Positions 1 to 9,099 of a stretch of DNA of 64,000 bases are shown here, in pieces. Each line of letters opens with the position of its first letter. The first letter of the stretch is position 1. The position numbers and the translations under genes are program-made. This DNA is from Alphaproteobacteria bacterium (lineage in GTDB: Bacteria; Pseudomonadota; Alphaproteobacteria; RF32; CAG-239): NCBI GenBank assembly GCA_017470585.1, contig JAFUYI010000009.1, forward strand, positions 954-64,953, read 5' to 3'. The notes beneath the pieces are model-generated. The model was not told the DNA's origin, did no database searches, and saw only the letters and a list, made by a program, of their open reading frames with translations.

Positions 1-1508
1 GACAGTCCGCCGCTTGCTTGAATACGAATAGCCTGCTCCTTGTTGGTCGCCTTATCTTTAGCCGAAACATTAACAATACCGTTGGCATCAATATCAAATG
101 TAACCTCAATTTGCGGCATACCGCGCGGTGCCGGCGGAATACCGACCAAATCAAATTGACCCAAAAGTTTGTTGTCGACCGCCATCTCGCGCTCGCCTTG
201 GAAAACGCGGATTGTAACTGCGGTTTGTCCGTCTTCGGCAGTTGAGAAAACTTGGCTCTTTCTTGTCGGGATTGTGGTGTTGCGGTCAATCAAACGTGTA
301 AATACACCGCCCAATGTTTCAATACCTAACGACAACGGGGTAACATCCAAAAGCAATACATCTTTGACATCGCCCATCAACACACCGCCCTGAATAGCGG
401 CACCGACGGCAACAACCTCATCAGGGTTAACGCCCTTATGCGGATCTTTGCCGAAAATTTCTTTAACTTTTTCTTGAACTTTGGGCATACGAGTCATACC
501 GCCTACCAAGATAACTTCTTTAATCTCTCCGGCATTAAGTCCGGCATCGGCCAAAGCTTTTTTACACGGTGCAACGGTGCGTTCAATCAAATCATCAACC
601 AAAGATTCAAGTTTTGCACGGGTTAATTTGATATTCAAATGTTTCGGTCCCGTAGCATCGGCGGTAATAAATGGCAGGTTGACATCGGTTTGAGTTGCCG
701 AGGAGAGTTCAATTTTAGCTTTTTCGGCAGCTTCTTTCAAGCGTTGCAAAGCCAAACGGTCGTTTTTCAAATCAATGCCGTTTTCTTTTTTGAACTCATC
801 GGCCAAATAATTTACAATGCGCTGGTCAAAATCTTCACCGCCCAAGAAAGTATCACCGTTGGTGGATTTAACCTCAAAAACGCCATCGCCGATTTCCAAA
901 ATTGAAATATCAAAAGTACCACCGCCCAAGTCATAAACGGCAATAGTTCCGCTGGTGTTTTTATCCAAACCGTAAGCTAAAGCCGCGGCAGTCGGCTCAT
1001 TGATAATACGCAAAACATCAAGTCCTGCAATTTTTCCGGCATCTTTTGTTGCCTGACGTTGGGAATCGTTAAAATACGCCGGAACGGTAATAACGGCTTT
1101 ATCAATCGTTTCTCCCAAATAAGCTTCGGCATACTCTTTGATTTTCTGCAATACAATCGCCGAAACCTGAGAAGGAGCATATTTCTGACCTTTGGCTTCA
1201 ACCCAAGCATCGCCGTTATCGCCGGCAATAATCTTAAACGGCACCAGTTTCTTATCTTTTTCAACTTCCGGTGAATCAAAACGACGACCGATTAAACGCT
1301 TAATGGCAAAAAGCGTATTTTCCGGATTGGTAACAGCTTGACGCTTTGCCGCGGCACCGACCAAACGTTCATTATCCGTAAAAGCGACAATGGACGGAGT
1401 GGTTCTTGCCCCCTCACTGTTTTCCAAAACTTTGGCATCTTTGCCTTCCATAACGGCAAAGCAAGAGTTGGTTGTACCCAAATCAATACCGATAACTTTA
1501 TTGCTCAT
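1..1508 (-). CDS. dnaK: Chaperone DnaK (Hsp70), N-terminal ~502 aa; C-terminus lies beyond the window start
   Basis: Minus-strand translation from ATG (revcomp of 1506-1508) reads [33 protein letters not shown]... The canonical Hsp70 nucleotide-binding and substrate-binding motifs continue to position 1 without a stop. SD-like gagg sits upstream. The gene is absent from the ORF track because it runs off the edge. Confidence 0.93.
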   Translation of the reverse strand, partial: MSNKVIGIDLGTTNSCFAVMEGKDAKVLENSEGARTTPSIVAFTDNERLVGAAAKRQAVTNPENTLFAIKRLIGRRFDSPEVEKDKKLVPFKIIAGDNGDAWVEAKGQKYAPSQVSAIVLQKIKEYAEAYLGETIDKAVITVPAYFNDSQRQATKDAGKIAGLDVLRIINEPTAAALAYGLDKNTSGTIAVYDLGGGTFDISILEIGDGVFEVKSTNGDTFLGGEDFDQRIVNYLADEFKKENGIDLKNDRLALQRLKEAAEKAKIELSSATQTDVNLPFITADATGPKHLNIKLTRAKLESLVDDLIERTVAPCKKALADAGLNAGEIKEVILVGGMTRMPKVQEKVKEIFGKDPHKGVNPDEVVAVGAAIQGGVLMGDVKDVLLLDVTPLSLGIETLGGVFTRLIDRNTTIPTRKSQVFSTAEDGQTAVTIRVFQGEREMAVDNKLLGQFDLVGIPPAPRGMPQIEVTFDIDANGIVNVSAKDKATNKEQAIRIQASGGL

Positions 1509-1613
1509 ATTTTTAATTCCTCTGTTATAAAAACTTTTCCTGATTGCTTATATAGGAAACAAAAAAAGCCGATGCAAGTGCAACGGCAATTTTTTTGCAT
1601 ATTTTCTTAAAAA

Positions 1614-3143
1614 TTATTCAATTTCAAATCCGGTTTTCCCGCTTTCAATAATGGAGGAAACAAAAGCAAAGTCGTTTTGATTGCAGGAATATATGCGATA
1701 CAGAATATCACCGGCAGTAACACTTTCGCCGCTTTTTCTGAAAATGTCAATACCCGCTCCGGCATATTGTCCGGCACCCGCTAAAATTGCTATCCGGTTA
1801 ATGAGTGCAGTATTGATTCTCACAATTGAACCGCTTTTATCGGCAACAATATCGCGGGTCAAATGTCCGAGCTGCGCCGGTTCTTTTTTCCCTTGTGTTT
1901 TAACAATCATCTGAAAACAATCAAAAGCTTTGCCGCTCTTTAATAACTCTTTGGCAACCAAATAGCCCTGCCCGCCGCGAAGTTTAGGATCAAATTCCAA
2001 AATACGCCCCGCCATAAACAGCGATTTTTCCCTTAAATCATCGGGAGCTTCTTCTTTATTCTTTAAGACATTCATCACATCTCTTGCTTCCAATGCCGCA
2101 CCGATTCCGGAGCCTATCGGTTCACTGCCGTCGGTAATTGCCACATCAACATTTAACCCCAGCATATCCCCGACATACTCTATCAACTTACGCAACCGCA
2201 TAGCTTCCTGCGAAGTTTTGATTTTGGAGCGAATCCCTACCGGTATATCAACCAACAGGTGGGTAATACCTGCGGCTAATTTATTGGCAAGCATTGAGGC
2301 AACCGCTCTTTCAAGAGTGGAAAGCCCGTTCTGCCGTTCAACCCCGCAGATGATTTTATCGGCCGCGCATATATCAATATTTTCAAGACTTGCCACTGCA
2401 CCGCGGCGTTCCAAAACCTGTTTTTTTAAAGATCTTGCATCAACCTCAACATTGGCCAAAACCTTCATGGCATCAAGCACACCGATTGTGGAATTAAGCG
2501 ACGGTAAGACAAGTTTAGGCATCGGCAGTCCGTAAGCACTGACTAAAGCCGTAATTATCAAATCGACCTTATTGGCGGGAATATCATCCATACAATGATA
2601 ATCGCAGACAATTTCTTCGCCTCCCCAATCAAGGTTTTTATCGCCGCGGAGAGCCTGTGTCAAATCTAAAACCTCAGAGGGAGTAACAAATGAACCCATT
2701 GCCACCAAAAACGAAGCAATATCCATATTGGAATAGCGATTGTTAGCAATATCATCCGCAATCAGGCAATAATCCTTTGAACTCAAAATATTGCCGGCAA
2801 TTTTGCGTTTTACTGCCTGCAAACTTTGTGCCGACGGGGTCAAAGTCAAAGTGATTTTTGATCCTTCCGAGAGTTCTATCTGCTCAAAAGCCTCGGAATT
2901 TAATCCTAATTCATCGGGGCGGATGATTTTAGAGTTTTCCACCACTTGCAGGAACGCAAACACCGGTTTTTTACCGCCGTGTATTTCAACTCGGGTCAAC
3001 GTTTTAATGTTATCAACCTTATAAATCGAACAATCTTTGTTGATATACGCTATGTTTTCGTTAAACGAGCGAATCGGAATGTGTTTTAATATCAGCATAT
3101 CCTGCTCCATGCATAAGTTTATGTTATAGGCGGCTTGCCCCAA
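1614..3143 (-). CDS. Thymidine phosphorylase / pyrimidine-nucleoside phosphorylase family protein (long ~500-aa form, glycosyl transferase family 3)
   Basis: 509-aa ORF. The central and C-terminal regions align by eye to E. coli DeoA (LAAGITHLLVDIPVGIRSK... SEPIGSGIGAALEARDVMNVL... with a PYNP_C-like C-terminus). The subfamily call is inference. Confidence 0.6.
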   Translation of the reverse strand: MGQAAYNINLCMEQDMLILKHIPIRSFNENIAYINKDCSIYKVDNIKTLTRVEIHGGKKPVFAFLQVVENSKIIRPDELGLNSEAFEQIELSEGSKITLTLTPSAQSLQAVKRKIAGNILSSKDYCLIADDIANNRYSNMDIASFLVAMGSFVTPSEVLDLTQALRGDKNLDWGGEEIVCDYHCMDDIPANKVDLIITALVSAYGLPMPKLVLPSLNSTIGVLDAMKVLANVEVDARSLKKQVLERRGAVASLENIDICAADKIICGVERQNGLSTLERAVASMLANKLAAGITHLLVDIPVGIRSKIKTSQEAMRLRKLIEYVGDMLGLNVDVAITDGSEPIGSGIGAALEARDVMNVLKNKEEAPDDLREKSLFMAGRILEFDPKLRGGQGYLVAKELLKSGKAFDCFQMIVKTQGKKEPAQLGHLTRDIVADKSGSIVRINTALINRIAILAGAGQYAGAGIDIFRKSGESVTAGDILYRIYSCNQNDFAFVSSIIESGKTGFEIE

Positions 3144-3146
3144 AGG

Positions 3147-4037
3147 CTATGCCGTTTTTTTGTTTTTCTCACCCTTGTTTTCTGCGAGTGTGGATTTTGA
3201 GGTTAAAATCTTTAATATCGTTGCCAAGGTATTTTTCATCTCCGAGCGATGAACCACTATATCAACCATACCGTGTTGCCGCAAATATTCGGCCTTTTGG
3301 AATCCTTCGGGCAATTTTTCGCGTATGGTCTGTTCAATAACCCGCGGACCGGCGAATCCTATCAAACACCCCTTTTCGGCAATATTGATGTCGCCGAGCA
3401 TGGCAAACGAGGCCGAAACCCCTCCGGTTGTCGGATCGGTCATAATCGAAATAAACGGCAGTCCGTTTTCTTTAACATAATTCACCGCCAAGGTCGTCCT
3501 TGCCATCTGCATCAAAGATAAAATCCCCTCTTGCATACGCGCACCGCCCGAGTTGGCAACGCTGATAAAGGGAAGTCTGTTTTTCACCGCGACTTCCGCC
3601 GCCTTAACAATCCCCTCGCCTACGGCCATTCCCATTGAACCGCCCATAAACGAGAAATCAAGCGCGGCAACCACGCATTTTATCCCGCCGATTAAGCCTT
3701 TGGCAACTTTGATAGCATCATCGTTATCGGTTGCCTTGCGATAGGCTTTGAGCCTGTCAACATAGCGTTTTGTGTCTTTGAATTTCAACGGGTCTTCTAC
3801 AACTTTCGGAAGAGAAACAAGTGTATAATTTCCGTTATCAAACAACAGCTTCAAACGTTTATCCAAATACAGCCGCAAATGATGATCACATTCGGGGCAG
3901 ACATACCACGTTTTTTTCAATTCCTTGGTAAAAAGCAGTTTTCCGCAGCCGGGGCATTTCAGCCACAAATCATCGGCAATCTCCTTCGGTGCGGTTTTTT
4001 GAATTTTGGGACGCACAAACTCGGATAACCAATTCAT
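3147..4037 (-). CDS. accD: Acetyl-CoA carboxylase carboxyltransferase subunit beta
   Basis: 296 aa with N-terminal Zn-ribbon CPGCGKLLF...CPECDHH followed by the carboxyltransferase domain (GGSMGMAVGE, GGARMQEG). Confidence 0.9.
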   Translation of the reverse strand: MNWLSEFVRPKIQKTAPKEIADDLWLKCPGCGKLLFTKELKKTWYVCPECDHHLRLYLDKRLKLLFDNGNYTLVSLPKVVEDPLKFKDTKRYVDRLKAYRKATDNDDAIKVAKGLIGGIKCVVAALDFSFMGGSMGMAVGEGIVKAAEVAVKNRLPFISVANSGGARMQEGILSLMQMARTTLAVNYVKENGLPFISIMTDPTTGGVSASFAMLGDINIAEKGCLIGFAGPRVIEQTIREKLPEGFQKAEYLRQHGMVDIVVHRSEMKNTLATILKILTSKSTLAENKGEKNKKTA

Positions 4038-4052
4038 TTTTATTCTCCGTAA

Positions 4053-4472
4053 TTACCAAAAATCATCCTGCTTGGGCTTATTTTTCTTGAAAACGCCAAG
4101 AATTTTTTGTTTAAGCGAATCCGGCTGCGGGGCTTTTTCGTAATTACTTTCGCCTGATTTAATATTTTCAAGGTTTTCTTTTAAGCCCTCAACCTTTTCC
4201 ACCAACTTTTGCTGTTCGGCGTTCAAACGTTTGTTCTGGCGGCGGGAACTGCTCAAAGCAAGCCGCATGGGAGCATAAGACATCCACGAATCAATTTTGC
4301 CGATTAAATAACCCATCACGCTCAAAACAACAATAATGACGCTCATACTTACCTGAACGCCTTTAACGTAGAAAGGCCAAAGATTGAGCGTAACCACATC
4401 ATTATTCATAAAAGCGGTAACCGCAATAATTACAATCAGCGGAATGCCGATAAGAAACTTGAGAAAACTCAT
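4053..4472 (-). CDS. LapA-like (DUF1049) inner-membrane protein
   Basis: 139 aa with two N-terminal TM helices followed by a coiled-coil and basic tail, the typical LapA/YciS architecture. Assignment is by architecture only. Confidence 0.45.
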   Translation of the reverse strand: MSFLKFLIGIPLIVIIAVTAFMNNDVVTLNLWPFYVKGVQVSMSVIIVVLSVMGYLIGKIDSWMSYAPMRLALSSSRRQNKRLNAEQQKLVEKVEGLKENLENIKSGESNYEKAPQPDSLKQKILGVFKKNKPKQDDFW

Positions 4473-4499
4473 ATTTTTTGCCTTTCATAAAAGTTGAAA

Positions 4500-4781
4500 C
4501 TATTTACCGTTGAGCATATCAAAGAGCTGCTTTCCGGTTTTAAAATGCGGAATGTTACGCGATGTTACTTCCACTTTTTCACCGGTACGGGGATTTTTGG
4601 CAACACGGGCAGCACGCGAATGAACGCTGAATGCTCCAAACCCGCGGAACTCGACACGATCGCCGTTAGCCAAAGATTTGGTAATACTATCCAAAATAAC
4701 CGTAACGATTCTGTCAATATCGCGCATGGTAAGATTAGGGTTTTTGGCTGCTATTTTCTCGATTAGTTCTGATTTAGTCAC
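4500..4781 (-). CDS. ihfB: Integration host factor subunit beta
   Basis: 93 aa; [11 protein letters not shown]...[33 protein letters not shown]...PHFKTGK matches the IHF-beta signature rather than HU. Confidence 0.85.
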   Translation of the reverse strand: MTKSELIEKIAAKNPNLTMRDIDRIVTVILDSITKSLANGDRVEFRGFGAFSVHSRAARVAKNPRTGEKVEVTSRNIPHFKTGKQLFDMLNGK

Positions 4782-4861
4782 TTTACTTTTCCTTATCTTT
4801 TATTGAATTTAATTGTAAGTTAGCGGTTTTTGTCTTAAAAATCAATACCTGTATTTAATTT

Positions 4862-5989
4862 TTAAGCAATTTTTGTTTCTTTTTTTTCTTCTATTGCCGC
4901 AGACAAGTCCTCCGCACCCATCTCTATTTCCTCTATGCGGTTGATTTTTCTTGCTATTTTATTGGAAGATATTTTTATTTCACCGATGTCGCGGGTTGAC
5001 TGTTCAAAATGCTTGGCGAGATTTTCCACTCTTTCATCAAGACGCGCCACATCTTCCAACAACAGCCCCAATTCTTTTTGAATAATACCCGCCTGTTCGC
5101 GCATTTTGGCATCTTTTAAGACGGCGCGCACGGTATTGAGTGTTGCCATCATTGTTGTCGGAGAAACAATCCACACTCTGTTGCGATAAGATGTTTCCAC
5201 CACGTCGGTAAAATTGGCATACAGCTCGGCATAAACGCTCTCGGCAGGCAGAAACATCAAAGCAGACTCAGCGGTTTCTCCGGGGATAATATATTTCTCG
5301 GCAATATCTTTAATATGCTTGGTAACGGATTGCCTGAAAAAACGCTCGGCCTCAAGCCTTTCACGATCCGTAGAAGCATTTTGCAAAGCTTGATAGCTCT
5401 CAAGCGGAAACTTGGAATCGATAACAATGACACCGGGCGGATTGGGGAGCTTCAACACACAGTCGGCGCGCTTTTGATTGGAAAGAACGCACTGAAACTC
5501 ATATGCCGAGGGCGGCAAAACCGAAACCACCAAATCATGCAGTTGCACTTCTCCGAACGCCCCTCTTGCCTGCTTATTTGATAAAATTTCTTTTAACGAT
5601 ACTACCTGTTCGGAAAGTGCGGATATTTTTTTCTGCGCCGCATCAATCATAATCAGCCGCTCCCGAAGAGCGGTCAGGCTCTCATCGGTTTTAGCACCGG
5701 ATTGCTTTAATCCCTCATTGACGTTTTGGGTAATTTTGAGCAATTTTTCATCAATCATATTAAGAAGCGAAACCCGTTGCTCCGCGATAGCCTGCGAGAG
5801 TTTTGACTGCTCCAGCGACGAATATTGCGACATCTGCGCCAATCGCCCGACAAGTTCGGATTGGCTCTGTGCAATGGAATTTTTGAAAGCAGAAGAACAA
5901 ATAAAAGCAACAATCACCGCACATACGATAAGTGCCAACGCAATCCCCGATGCCACCAACAGCCATTCGTTTAAGCTCAATTCCGGCAT
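4862..5989 (-). CDS. rmuC: DNA recombination protein RmuC
   Basis: 375 aa with N-terminal TM, a coiled-coil and the C-terminal RmuC domain (VSPTTMMATLNTVRAVLKDAKMREQA...). Confidence 0.75.
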   Translation of the reverse strand: MPELSLNEWLLVASGIALALIVCAVIVAFICSSAFKNSIAQSQSELVGRLAQMSQYSSLEQSKLSQAIAEQRVSLLNMIDEKLLKITQNVNEGLKQSGAKTDESLTALRERLIMIDAAQKKISALSEQVVSLKEILSNKQARGAFGEVQLHDLVVSVLPPSAYEFQCVLSNQKRADCVLKLPNPPGVIVIDSKFPLESYQALQNASTDRERLEAERFFRQSVTKHIKDIAEKYIIPGETAESALMFLPAESVYAELYANFTDVVETSYRNRVWIVSPTTMMATLNTVRAVLKDAKMREQAGIIQKELGLLLEDVARLDERVENLAKHFEQSTRDIGEIKISSNKIARKINRIEEIEMGAEDLSAAIEEKKETKIA

Positions 5990-5992
5990 TTT

Positions 5993-6982
5993 TTATCCCT
6001 TGGCGGTATCGGTTTTGATATGCCGCCCCATTTCATAAATTTTTTCAAAACGCTGTTTTTTCAGCTCTTCGCGGGACAATCCCGATAGCTCTTGAAGGTG
6101 GCGGAAAACAGCTTCATCGGTTTTTTCCATAACGGCGACACTGTCACGGTGCGCACCGCCGACAGGCTCACTGATAATCTCATCAATAACCCCGAAACCC
6201 ATCAAATCCTGTGCGGTTAATTTCAACGCCTCGGCAGCCTCTTTGGCTTTATCGGCGGAACGCCATAAAATTGATGCACACCCCTCGGGCGAAATAACCG
6301 AATAAATTGAGTTTTCAAGCATTAAAATCCGATTGGCGGCGGCAATGGCGATAGCTCCGCCGGAGCCGCCCATACCGATAACCACCGAAATCAACGGAAC
6401 GCTTATCTGCAAACACTTCTGAATCGAGGAGGCAATCGCTTCCGCCTGCCCTCTGGCCTCGGATTCAACCCCCGGATAAGCTCCGTCAGTATCAACAAAA
6501 CAAATCACCGGCATATTGAATTTATCGGCCATATTCATCAACCGTTGAGCCTTGCGGTATCCCTCGGGCTTGGCCATACCGAAGTTATATTTCACTCTGG
6601 TTTCGAGATCAAAACCTTTTTCCTGCCCGATAACAACCACGGCAATTCCGTGATAAAAGCCAATTCCCCCGATCATAGTCGGATCATCGGCAAACGCTCT
6701 GTCACCGGAGAGTTCCACAAAATCCTCTATCATATATTTGATATAGTCCAGACACTGCGGACGATTGGGATGGCGGGCAATCTGCACTTTCTGCCACGGC
6801 GTTAAATTGGCATAAGAAAGCTTTATCTGCTTTTCCAATTTTAACTGCAGACGGTTTAACTCCTTATCAATATTAACATCGCTGTCTTTAGCCAAGGCCG
6901 TAACCGTTTTGATACGGTCTTCAATTTCCATAATTTTCTTTTCAAAATCCAAGACTACCGGAGCATTGTTACTCATATCCAA
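5993..6982 (-). CDS. accA: Acetyl-CoA carboxylase carboxyltransferase subunit alpha
   Basis: 329 aa; N-terminus ...LDFEKKIMEIEDRI..., RHPNRPQ..., and carboxyltransferase core GMGGSGGAIAIAAANRILMLENSIYSVISPEGCASILW. Confidence 0.9.
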   Translation of the reverse strand: MDMSNNAPVVLDFEKKIMEIEDRIKTVTALAKDSDVNIDKELNRLQLKLEKQIKLSYANLTPWQKVQIARHPNRPQCLDYIKYMIEDFVELSGDRAFADDPTMIGGIGFYHGIAVVVIGQEKGFDLETRVKYNFGMAKPEGYRKAQRLMNMADKFNMPVICFVDTDGAYPGVESEARGQAEAIASSIQKCLQISVPLISVVIGMGGSGGAIAIAAANRILMLENSIYSVISPEGCASILWRSADKAKEAAEALKLTAQDLMGFGVIDEIISEPVGGAHRDSVAVMEKTDEAVFRHLQELSGLSREELKKQRFEKIYEMGRHIKTDTAKG

Positions 6983-7107
6983 ACTCTTTTGTTATTAAAG
7001 ACTCTTTTTTAATAACACCGTTTATCAAAAATTTCGACAACTATTTTTACCGTGTTGATATTTTATTTTTCAACTCTGTGAATAAATTATGTTGTTAAAG
7101 AAAAAAA

Positions 7108-7145
7108 AGAACCTCCGCAGACAAAAATCGGAGGAGGTTCAAAAA
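7108..7145 (-). terminator. Rho-independent terminator (gaacctcc...ggaggttc hairpin with a T-run on the minus strand)
   Basis: Inverted repeat gaacctccgcagacaaaaatcggaggaggttc flanked by an A-run/T-run; it lies downstream (minus sense) of the small ORF at 7152-7272. Confidence 0.55.
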
Positions 7146-7151
7146 ATTTTT

Positions 7152-7272
7152 ACGAGGGTTTGAGTTTTTCCTTGAAACAATCACATATTCCCTCAATTAA
7201 GATCAACAGCAGAGCCGTTACAGCTATAAACAGAATGGCTCCGTCAAAGGCGAAAGAAAGTAATTTTTTCAT
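7152..7272 (-). CDS. Possible 40-aa hydrophobic small protein (MKKLLSFAFDGAILFIAVTALLLILIEGICDCFKEKLKPS)
   Basis: ATG with a single predicted TM helix, immediately followed by a terminator hairpin. Below the ORF-track size cut-off. Read by eye only. Confidence 0.2.
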
Positions 7273-7412
7273 ACCATAATAATTTTATAACTGCCTACAT
7301 TATATACCTTTTCTTATTTTTGTCAATTTTTTTATTTTATAAAAAGCGGAATAAGACTTTTTATAAAAACTTTTCTTTTAAATCCATCGGCGCGTTTTTC
7401 TTTTTCCGCAAT

Positions 7413-7820
7413 TTATTCTGCAGGACTCAAAGCCTGTTCAATAGCTTTTGCTATAAAAGCCGACCGGTTACGGCAAACGGCATCAATTCTTGCAATCAGC
7501 CCTGAATTAAGCATAATTGTATATTTTTTGGGTTTGGCTTCCGGTATATAATACACATATCCGACTGTAAAAGTATAATTATCCTGCCACTCTTGCCAGT
7601 CTTCCCATTCTTTTTTAATTTGCTCTAATGTCCGAGGTTGCGGCACATCTTCGCCGTTTGCCTTTTTCTCTTCAATAATATCAGCCAATATTTCATGCGC
7701 ATTTTTTAACGCATCGTCATAATTTTTTCCGGCGGACACACATCCCGGAAAATCAGGAAACACCACTCCGACCCCATCGGCATACTCATCTGTTTCAAAT
7801 AAGGCAATATATTTTAACAT
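7413..7820 (-). CDS. hicB: Type II antitoxin HicB family
   Basis: 135 aa; UPF0150/HicB N-terminal fold (MLKYIALFETDEYADGVGVVFPDFPGCVSAGKNYDDALKNAHEILADIIEEKKANGEDVPQP) plus a C-terminal RHH-like tail. Located 10 nt downstream of a hicA remnant. Confidence 0.7.
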   Translation of the reverse strand: MLKYIALFETDEYADGVGVVFPDFPGCVSAGKNYDDALKNAHEILADIIEEKKANGEDVPQPRTLEQIKKEWEDWQEWQDNYTFTVGYVYYIPEAKPKKYTIMLNSGLIARIDAVCRNRSAFIAKAIEQALSPAE

Positions 7821-7830
7821 TTTAACCTCC

Positions 7831-8023
7831 TATTTAAGCCCCGCCTGTTTCAAAATACTTGCTGCCGTGCCAATTGGTATGACCTTATGCAAAGGAACGA
7901 CTACCGTGTTTTTCTTTTCATCGTGATAATACACATAATGACTTCCGGTAACTCTGACAAGATGCCAACCGCTTTTTTTCAAGCATTTTAATCAGTTCTT
8001 TTGCAGTATATCTTTTGGGCATT
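7831..8023 (-). pseudogene. hicA: hicA toxin gene disrupted by a frameshift in a homopolymer run
   Basis: From ATG (revcomp 8021-8023) MPKRYTAKELIKMLEKK is in frame. The conserved HicA remainder WHLVRVTGSHYVYYHDEKKNTVVVPLHKVIPIGTAASILKQAGLK* reads in another frame. The break is in a T7 run at 7973-7979 (A7 on the coding strand). Removing one A restores a full-length HicA. Confidence 0.65.
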
Positions 8024-8138
8024 TTGCTTCATTTCCTTTTTTGTAGTTTATACTCATCTATACCGAATTTTTTCGGTATTGTCAAGTTCTTTTTATAAAA
8101 ATAAGATTTTTACTTACCAAATTTTTTTATTTTTTTTC

Positions 8139-8389
8139 TTTACATTATTTATTTTTTATGCTAGGGTGGATTTGAAGTGAGCGAAAAGTCACTTTGAGGT
8201 GTGATAGCCTCTCTTATGGTGTCTAAACAAGACATAAAATTGCTTCTAACCGTACTATGGTTGGAAGGTAGGGGAATATAAAGAATACCTTACACTGTTC
8301 CATAAGACAGCTATCAACTTCCAACCACCTCGCGGGTTTTAATGCCCAAAAGGTGGTTTTTTATAACTTTAGTAAAGGAAGTTTTTGTG
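8139..8389 (+). promoter_or_regulatory. Promoter (-35 TTTACA, 17-bp spacer, -10 TAGGGT) plus ~215-nt structured 5' leader of paralog 1
   Basis: Same element as upstream of all nine paralogs: P1 hairpin AAGTGA/TCACTT, P2 GAGG/CCTC, long-range helix ggttggaag/cttccaacc enclosing P3a GTAGGG/CCTTAC, then terminator-like CCACCT...AGGTGG + U-run before RBS aaggaag. Confidence 0.6.
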
Positions 8390-8863
8390 ATGAAAAAATA
8401 TATTTTAATATTAGGCGTTGCCGGAGTTGCGCTTGGTTCATATTGCGCATACGCTGCCAACTCGGCAACAATGACCGTAACAGCAACAATCGCCCATGAA
8501 GTCAATATCCGTAATATCAGCAATATTGACATCGGCACCATCACTATTGACCCGAGTAAGAGTTCGGGAAGTGTAATAGAAGCTAATTGTGCGTGGGAGG
8601 GTATAGGAGAAGAAGGAAACGGTATAAAATCCATTTCCGGCAGTCCGTGCGGCTATTTCACTGCCGATTTTTCAGGTGGTTGTTCGTTTAATTTTTCGGT
8701 TACACCGGAGGAGGTGTATTGGAATAATATGCACTTCGACTTCGGAGTTGGTAATACCGACACCTCAGGCAGGTGCAGAGTGTGGACAGAATTGGGCTAC
8801 ATTGGCGGCCTTCCGGCGCAAGATACTTATAACGGTAGTCTTACCATAGAATATAATTTGTAA
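8390..8863 (+). CDS. Secreted beta-rich protein, paralog 1 of 9 (SCPU/Csu-pilin-like family; divergent member)
   Basis: 157 aa with signal peptide MKKYILILGVAGVALGSYCAYA and conserved NSATMTVTATIAHEV... The C-terminus GSLTIEYNL is a variant of the family motif. Confidence 0.75.
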   Translation: MKKYILILGVAGVALGSYCAYAANSATMTVTATIAHEVNIRNISNIDIGTITIDPSKSSGSVIEANCAWEGIGEEGNGIKSISGSPCGYFTADFSGGCSFNFSVTPEEVYWNNMHFDFGVGNTDTSGRCRVWTELGYIGGLPAQDTYNGSLTIEYNL

Positions 8864-8893
8864 TATGCAATAAACCGATTCTTTAAAAAAATT

Positions 8894-8927
8894 CCGGCGA
8901 CAGACTTATTTTGCCGCCGGATTTTTT
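8894..8927 (+). terminator. Rho-independent terminator after paralog 1
   Basis: ccggcgacagacttattttgccgccgg followed by attttttg. Confidence 0.6.
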
Positions 8928-9099
8928 GATTGTTTTGCCAAGTTTCAAATAACTATTTGATAATACACAATAAAAAAACTGTGTATTAGATACTTTTATT
9001 TGTTGTTTTTCTTATATAAACAGGATAAAAGCTTGATAAAAATCGGCATCCCCGACCGCATATAAAAAACAATTTCAGCTCAATATTGGGGGAGAAACG

